From assembly GCF_009914755.1 (NCBI RefSeq), contig NC_060932.1: a stretch of 64,000 nucleotides of DNA. One strand, written 5' to 3'. The notes under the pieces are model-generated. The model searched no databases. It saw nothing but the letters and a program-made list of their open reading frames with translations, and had not been told where the DNA came from. Origin of the DNA: the human T2T-CHM13v2.0 reference genome, Homo sapiens. The position numbers and the translations under genes were made by a program. Below, in pieces: positions 56,048-64,000 of the stretch (positions are counted from its first letter, which is position 1; every line of letters starts with the position of its first letter).

Positions 56048-57116
56048 ATATTTAATCTAAAAAATTCAAAGCATTTTTCAAAAGATGTTCCTATAAAACT
56101 ATGCTTTGTCTATGCGATAGAATATTATAGATATTTCCCTATTTTACCTCTCAAGAAGAGAGGTAAACATTAATTGGAATTTCCTAAATATCATTCATTT
56201 TCTTCCCTTTCCATTTCATTTCATCCCATTCCATTCTATTCAATTCCAGAAACTTTGGTTGAACAACTTCTATGTGCCAGACACCATGCTACATGCAATG
56301 GATATAAAAATGGAAGTCATTTTCTTAGCTTGTAAGGAGCTCACAGCCTGGCTGGGGAAACATCTCAAACATAATTTGCAGAAACAGAGTGTGGTCAGTG
56401 AACATTAGTGGACAAATAAGTTAGAACTGCTTGGACTTACCTTATCCTTCTATGCTCCTAATGCTATACTGGACCCCACGAATACTTCCAAAGTAACTAG
56501 GTTTTCAAAGAGTCCCAGCGGTCTTTCAAAAACAATTTTCTCCTTCACTTGTGCCTTCAACTGCCTGAATAAAAGCCTTTGTGGGCATTGCCTTTTGACT
56601 AAAAAGGAAAACATTTCAGGGTTGGCATGAGCCTGCTAGTCTTTCTGTAACTTAACTTTTCAAGGTCAAATAAAAGCCTATAAAAATCAAGTCTCCCCAT
56701 GCTGATCAATAGAGTGGGGCTGGGGAGTCAAGCTGGCAGGCTGGGCTGTGGCCAGCCTATGTGTCTAAATCCACCTAGGATGCTCTCTGATTCTCTGGCA
56801 ATCACTCTGGCTGTGGCTTGCAGAAGACTCTGGAGCACTCCTTGGCAGGGCTGCATTTAAACAGTAGCAATTTGTTATGCAGACCCTGGCACGGTCCCTC
56901 ACAGACCAACTGCCTCTCGTCGACACAATCAAGACAACTGTCTACACCATTGTATTATCTTTTCTTGCACCTTTGGATACTAATATTTCATAGAAATTGC
57001 CGTTTCCCCTGTTCAGATAAAGTTCTTTTATATGGTTAATTAAATTACTCATTTATATATTTATTCACCTTTTATTGTGCATCTCCAGAATGTAAAACTA
57101 TACGCTTTAGCTTTAA

Positions 57117-57427
<311 letters not shown>

Positions 57428-58609
57428 ACCATGTGTTCTTATAAAGTTCTTTGCTCATCCAGCATAAACATGCTTGGTGTTTTGACCCTAATTAATGGTG
57501 GGATTTTACAACATACAAATTTCTCCTCACTCTAAAAACACCTTACCCTGCTTTCTTTATTCTTTTTTATTTTCATATCTTTTTCATTCATCTCTTAAAT
57601 TTGCCTTTTATAAACCTTTTTTGTGTGTCTTAGAATTTATATGTTAACCCTATATTTCCTGCTTTTCTACCCAGATTTAGGAAGTTGAGTAAATTGCTAT
57701 TTCATGTCGTTATCCACCACCGCCCCCCATCCCCCCCAAAAAAAGGACACAGTGAAGGGCCATTAAGATTGTAGAAAGTGGAGTTATCAAAAAAGATGAT
57801 TAGAAATTTCTGGGAAAATGTACAATCTTATAATCAATAGAATACATGTTCTCAATACTTGGAAACTCAGCATATCAATTTAACATAGTGATCTATATTT
57901 AGCAAAAATTACTCATCACACTCAGGAGCATAAAATCTCTATGCTCATTTCTGCCTGCCAAAGCATTTAATGCAGCTCTAGTTATTTAGGATAAGGATGG
58001 CACTGAGTTTTCAAATAAAAATTTCTTCCGTAGGACACACTAAATTACTGGGAGGATTAGGTGATAGAGAGCATGAATACACACTCAAAATAGGACATGG
58101 CATCTGTCAGACTCTGCTAATAATTTTCTGTCTTATGCTAAGCCTGTCAGCATTGCCAATATTCTTAACAGAGGTAGCTAGCCTTGTGTTCTGAGTGAAT
58201 GAAACAACCAGGTCAGTTTTGTCTGATATTTAAAAAAAATGTTCTTAGCCATACCATGTCTTAATAATTTCTTAATGTTTGATTATTGTTCTGTGGAAGA
58301 ATTTAAGTTTAATCATTATTTCCTATAAGAGAGATTTTTCTCAGTTTTCACAAAAGGATCTATAGCTCTTCCTGAGAATCTACACCACATAAAACAGGAA
58401 GGGAAGTATGGAAAAAAAAAAGCCCACCATTTTTTCTCCTAAGTCAACTTATTTTTTTCAGAATTTAACAGCAGCGTTTTCTGATCCCTAGACATACAGC
58501 CTTGGACTTAGTGTTTCATCCTTTTCTTTCAGTTGCCTCCACTCCCCTCCCATTCTCAATTCCTGTACATGCAGTTCTAAGACACACCAATACTTCCTTT
58601 AAAATGTCT

Positions 58610-60150
58610 TGGGCAGTGAACAGTTGGAAATTAAAAGTTTAAAAATACCATTTACAGTAGTATTGGAGCCATAAAATACTAAACAAAAGATACACAGTAT
58701 TGCTTTACTGAAAACTACAAAACAGTGCTGAGTGAAATTTTAAAAGACCGAAGTAAATAGAAAGAAACAGCATATTTGTTAATTGGAAGATTCAAAGTTG
58801 TTTAGCTGTCCATTCTCTCCCCATTTATATACGTGTGTGTGTACACATGTTCAATATAATCAAATTCTCTTCATCCCATGTGAGCTTTTTAAGACTATAA
58901 AAAAGCTGTTTCTAAAATGTATTTGGAAATGCAAAGGACCTAGAATAGACAAAAAATTGTTTAACAAAGAAGCACTTGATTTCAAGATGTGTTACAAAGT
59001 TGCAGTACTCAAGACAGTGTGGCATTGGTAAAATAATAAAGACGGATTAAAATATAGAATCTAGAAATAGACTCACATATATATGATAAAATAATTTTCA
59101 ACAGAGTCATCAAAGCAATTCAATGAGGGGAGGAAAATCTCAAAAATGGTGCCAGAGGAACTGGATATCCAAAAAAAGGGCACTTCAGCTTCTGCATTAT
59201 GACATATTCAAAAATTAATTTGAAATTGATCATGGGCCTATAAGGAAAAGCTACAATTATACATAGACAAATATTTTCAAATATATATATATATGTATAT
59301 ATATGTAAAGGCTCACACCTAGAATACATAAGAAGGAATTCCTACAACTCAACAATAAGGCATTTAATTGTCTAAAAAAAATGCAAATACTTCACAAAAT
59401 ATGATATATGAATGGCTAATATGCACTTTAAAAAGCACTCAAGATCATCAATCCTCAGGAAAATGAAAATCAAAACACATTGAAAAAAGATGGACAATGT
59501 CAAGCATTTTAGAGAATGTGGAGCATCTGGAACTTCCACATATAGTTGGTGGGAGTGTAAAATGGTACAACCACTTTGGAAAATAGTATGGCAGTTTCCT
59601 AAAAAGTTAAATATGTATGTACCCTATGACCCAGCAATTATACTCTGAAGTATTTACCTAAGAGAATTTAAAAACAACTATAGAAGCTTTGTTCTAGAAT
59701 GTGTACAGCTATTTTTTTCATAGTAACCCCAAACTGGAACAACCCAAGGTATCTATCAACAGGAGAACAATAGTTAAATAAACTGTGATATCCTCATGCA
59801 GTGGAAAAGCCATTAAAATAAATGGACTACTGATACACATAACATGAATAGATTTCAAAAACACGATGTTGAGTAAGAGAGAAACAAAGTAGTACATAAT
59901 TTATGATTCAGTTTATAAGAAGTTAGAATAAGCCAAAATAATCTATGAGAATAAAAATCAGATGAGTGGTGGCTTCTAGGGAATGAGGGAGAGGAGTTAC
60001 TGGAAAGGGGTAGGAGGGAAATTTTTAGGGGTGTTGGAAATGTTGCATGTCTTGATAACAATGTAGTTTACATAAGTACACTCATTTGTCAAACTGAACA
60101 AACTATATACTTAAGATCTACTTTTGTAAAGAAGACCTTAATTTAACATT
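58610..60150 (+). mobile_element. Old L1M (MC/ME-type) ORF2 end and 3'UTR
   Basis: ORF 58783-59031 has LKCIWKCKGPRI..YKVAVLKTVWHW; GGTGGGAGTGTAAAATGGTACAACCACTTTGGAAAA. Confidence 0.85.
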
Positions 60151-60465
60151 TTGAAAATATCTTCCAGATTTGTTTATTATCACTTATTACCTCATTTCAG
60201 GCTATGAATATTCAGCATTTATTTTCTTGTAAAAACAAGGGAATTTGTTGAATACAGAACTCTTATCCTAGAAAGGGATTGTTCATACCACGGTGAATGG
60301 CCCAGTGTGTGGCACATTTTGTGTTCTCACTGGAAGTCCTCACAGGTATAAGCCAGTTGCTGAAATGTGGCTCTGGTTTAGCTGTTCCACAACATCAAGC
60401 ATCATCGCATTTGTTCATTCAGAATTCCAAGCTATTTACAAACCAGTGAATCCCTTCACTCTTCT

Positions 60466-60975
60466 CGTGATGGTTAATTTTAGGTGTCAACCTGACTGGA
60501 TTAAGGGATATCAAGAGAGCTGGTAAAGCATTATTTCTGGGTGTGTCTGTGAGTGTGTTCCTGGAGGACATTGGCATGTGAGTCAGAAGCCTGAGTGAGG
60601 AAGATCTGCCCGCAATGTAGGTGGACACCATCCAGTTAGCAGGAGGCCTGAATAGATAAAAAGGCAGAGGAAAGATGAATTCACACTCTCTCTCGGAGCT
60701 CGGACACACTTTTCCCGCCCTTAGACATCAGAACTCCAGGTTCCCCAGCCTGTGGACTCCAGTGGTCCCCGTGGGTTCTCAGGCCTTCATCCTTGGAGTG
60801 AGAGTCCCTCTAGTGGTTTCCCTATTTTTTCACCTTGCAGAAGACCTATCATGAAACTTCTAAGCTTCCATAATCAAGTGAGCCAATTAACCTAATAAAC
60901 CCCCCTTTCATCAGTCTATCTATCTGTTTACCTATTTAGCCTATTGGTTCTGTCCCTGTGAAGAACCCTAATATA
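60466..60975 (+). mobile_element. MLT2B-like ERVL solo LTR
   Basis: GTGATGGTTAATTTTAGGTGTCAACCTGACTGGATTAAGG..GAAGAACCCTAATATA; 5 bp TSD-like CTTCT/CCTCT. Confidence 0.9.
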
Positions 60976-61679
60976 CCTCTCATTCATGTCATTCTTTGAC
61001 ACTGTTCAAAATACAAGTTACGTTAATTATTTTTCTTCGCTAAATCGTCATCTCTATTATGTTCAGTGCTCTTCTCCTCCTCCCCACTACTTCAACTCAT
61101 ATTTGCATCGTTTTCCTTTCTGCTAAGTTTTTTAATATCCTCTGTAACTTTTTCTTGTTATTCAAAAAGAAAGAAGAAAAGAAAAATTTAAAGAAAGAAA
61201 AAAAGAACCTCCTTAAGGAGCCGAAATTATTCACAAAATGCCTTAGGTTCATCCTCGCATCAATTCAACCGGGGACACTTGAGACTCTGCAGCCTTCTCA
61301 AGTGGAAGCTGCTTATTATCACATTCAGGCCTGTGTATGGCACTAGGCATTCCTATTATTTCTAATTAACCTGTCTAAAATGTATATATTTTAAAATTTT
61401 AAAAAAGACACAACAAACATCAATACTTGTAGTTCAATGGCATAGTTAACTGCCACTTTCTGCTTATCACTGTTACCTGTTGATACCCTAATGACTCTTC
61501 CGCATTCACTAAGGACCCTAATCTGACTTTGTAAATCTATCTCTAATTCCATCATCATTCTCCGTCAATGTCCATGTAGCTGTCTCATTCAATATCCTAG
61601 TTTTCAAGTTCTGACTTTCGTTTCCATTCTATTTTAGCAGCCCACTTCTGCGTCTTCATGATGGACCCAGTCATTGCCA

Positions 61680-62232
61680 ATTTTATTAGCAGCTTTATGG
61701 AGAAACAATTCACTTACCATAAAATTCACCTATTTAATTGTATAATTCAATGGATTTTAATATATTCTCAGATATGTGAAACCATCACCACAACCATTTT
61801 GGAGAATTTTCATCACTTTAAGAAGCAAGACCATATCCTTTAGCTCTCATCCTTCTATCCCCCCATTTCCCCACTCCTCAGCCCTGAGCATCTAATAATC
61901 TACTTTCTGTATCTACAGTTTCTCTATTCTGGACTTTTATATGAGTAGAATCATTTAGTATACAGTTTTTGTGACTTGCTTCTTTCACTTAGCGTAATGT
62001 TTTGAAGGTTCCTGCATGTTGTAGAATGTATCAGTCCTTCATTCCTCTTTATGGCTAAATAATATTCTATTGTATAGACATACTACATTTTGTTTAACCT
62101 CTTGTCCATCAATGGACATTTGGGCTATTTCCACCTTTTAAATGTTATGAATAATCCCTCTGTAAACATTCACGTACAAGTTTGTATGTGGACATAGGCT
62201 TTTCTTTCTCTTGGAGATATACTTAGAAGTGG
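61680..62232 (-). mobile_element. L1MB-type 3' end
   Basis: CAGCTTTATGGAGA..TACCATAAAATTCACC..CTTCTTTCACTTAGCGTAATGTTTT. Confidence 0.88.
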
Positions 62233-63133
62233 AATTGCTGAGTCATATGGCATCTTTATCTTTATATATTGCCCACTCCTTAATATCCAATATCTCACTC
62301 TCCAGCCACACATCAAGCTTACTCATTTTCCTCCTCCCTGTACACCTACTCTTCAAACATATAAAGATTCAATTTCATTTTCTCCCAAATTATATACTCT
62401 CTTCTAACTTTATTTTCTTGCCTACATACCCCATGGCTTATTACTTGAATTGCTCACTTGACAACTCTCAAATCACTCGCCTTCTTTTTTTTTTCTGTTG
62501 TTGCAAAATATGAAGTCCTAGCTTTGGATTAATCCAAGCATTTTCTGCTTTTAAACAACTTTCTAGTTTGACATCATTGAAAAATCCCTAGTTTCTAACC
62601 TCAGCTGGACTTTTGGCACTGTTTGTCTCTAAAAAAACTGCATGAAAAGACCCCTAGCTCACCATTATCTTCACCACCAACCTAGCATCACCATTGACTG
62701 TTAACATAAGAAAGTACTTTCTGTTGTATTTGAGCCATTTTATATTTGAGGTCTACTTGTTATAGAAATTTTCTTAACTGAAATTACACGGGGCTTTCTT
62801 TTTAAAAGATCTTTCTTTTTTACTTGAAATGTGAATTGTAAGTTATTTTTAAAATAATAAATTGCATGATTCTTAGAATTAATGTCATAGGTTGTTCTCT
62901 GATGATCCTATATAAATTAGTAGATATGACAACTCTAGTGATAATTAGATGTTATTAGTCTACATGCCACTCTTAGAACAGTATTTCTCCTTCCTGTTGG
63001 TATCATAGAAGCTATAGTTTTCGATTCCAGGGAAATGCACAATATGCACACATACACATGTGAAACATTCAAACTAAGAAAAATAGCAAGTTGATGAGCA
63101 GAATTATCTGAGTAGCTATTAAAAGAGATCTAG

Positions 63134-63153
63134 GGAAGACGCTGTCTCAAAAA
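63134..63153 (+). mobile_element. Extremely 5'-truncated Alu (last ~15 nt plus short poly(A))
   Basis: GGAAGACGCTGTCTC+A run between perfect 13 bp direct repeats AAAAGAGATCTAG. Confidence 0.8.
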
Positions 63154-63594
63154 AAAAGAGATCTAGATGCTGGACAAATGTTTTCATTGTTTTAAGTACT
63201 TGACAATTAAATAATCTTGGAATTTTAAGCCTTGAAAAACTTTCACCACACCTCTATTTACCATATACACAGTTTGTTGTGCAGGTAGGTCACACTAGTG
63301 GGCTGTATGAGTAGAATCTTGGGTTACTTTTCTAAAAGAAATGATAAATTTACCTTGATATCACTTTCATTACAAACAGGGACATAGATTTGTAGATGGC
63401 CTTATTGCAGCTTAGGCCAATTTCTTTCTATAAATGTAATATTATGCTCCACTATAGATGCCTTTTGGTCAGATTGTTTCAAACTATTCCTCAAAAGACA
63501 AACGTTTAACTTTATAAAATAGAAAAGGAACACCAGCAATTTATTAAAAGCCCCTTTGGCCTTCTGCTTATTTTCTTTAAAGTGTTACTTTAGA

Positions 63595-63790
63595 AGGCAG
63601 GATCATGTAGGTGAAAATATACTGACCTGAATGTCATAAAATTGTGGGTTCATACCCTGGCTCTGCTACTTATTATGTATGGACTCCTGAGTGAACTACT
63701 GATCACCTTAAATCTTAGTCTTTTCTCAATCACAAAATAAAAACTTCTTAGGGTACTGATGAGGACGTAATATGTATAAAGTGCATGGGA
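63595..63790 (+). mobile_element. MIR
   Basis: GGGTTCATACCCTGGCTCTGCTACTTA head, TGAGGA..TGTATAAAGTGC tail. Confidence 0.65.
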
Positions 63791-64000
63791 TGAAGTTTCT
63801 TCTTGTTCCTTTATTTCCTTTGGGTCTAACCTGATTTCTTCTTCATTGGATTAACATGATTTCTCAATGACTTGCATATCAAATCAACTTGGTAACATTT
63901 TCATGTGCTCCAGATAGAATATCACTTAGAACATTTGTCCTTTGGATCTGGTTCATGCATTATTTAAAACCCAAGCATAATTTGTTGATGAGATTAAATG

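Overview
AT-rich primate genomic DNA, most likely human: it carries a very young Alu with AluYa-type diagnostic bases. The window looks intergenic or deep intronic. I see no CpG island, no credible host protein-coding exon and no RNA gene. It is dominated by interspersed repeats (Alu, L1PA/PB/MA/MB/MC/ME, L2, MIR, ERVL/MaLR solo LTRs, hAT MER elements) plus microsatellites. The ORFs I could recognise are dead L1 ORF2 fragments or Alu read-throughs; the rest look like chance ORFs. Subfamily names come from my recollection of consensus sequences, not from a database search, and boundaries of old repeats are approximate. I found no evidence of a new biological system. The notable signals are mutational footprints: (1) a ~315 bp insertion inside an L1PB made of two inverted copies of DNA lying just downstream (41397-41710); (2) a twin-primed, 5'-inverted L1PA with an extra polyadenylated 3' segment (5162-8017); (3) a 20 bp Alu micro-insertion with a perfect 13 bp TSD (63121-63166); (4) a near-perfect 56 bp palindrome in unique DNA (16578-16633); (5) a young, possibly polymorphic AluYa (44443-44755).
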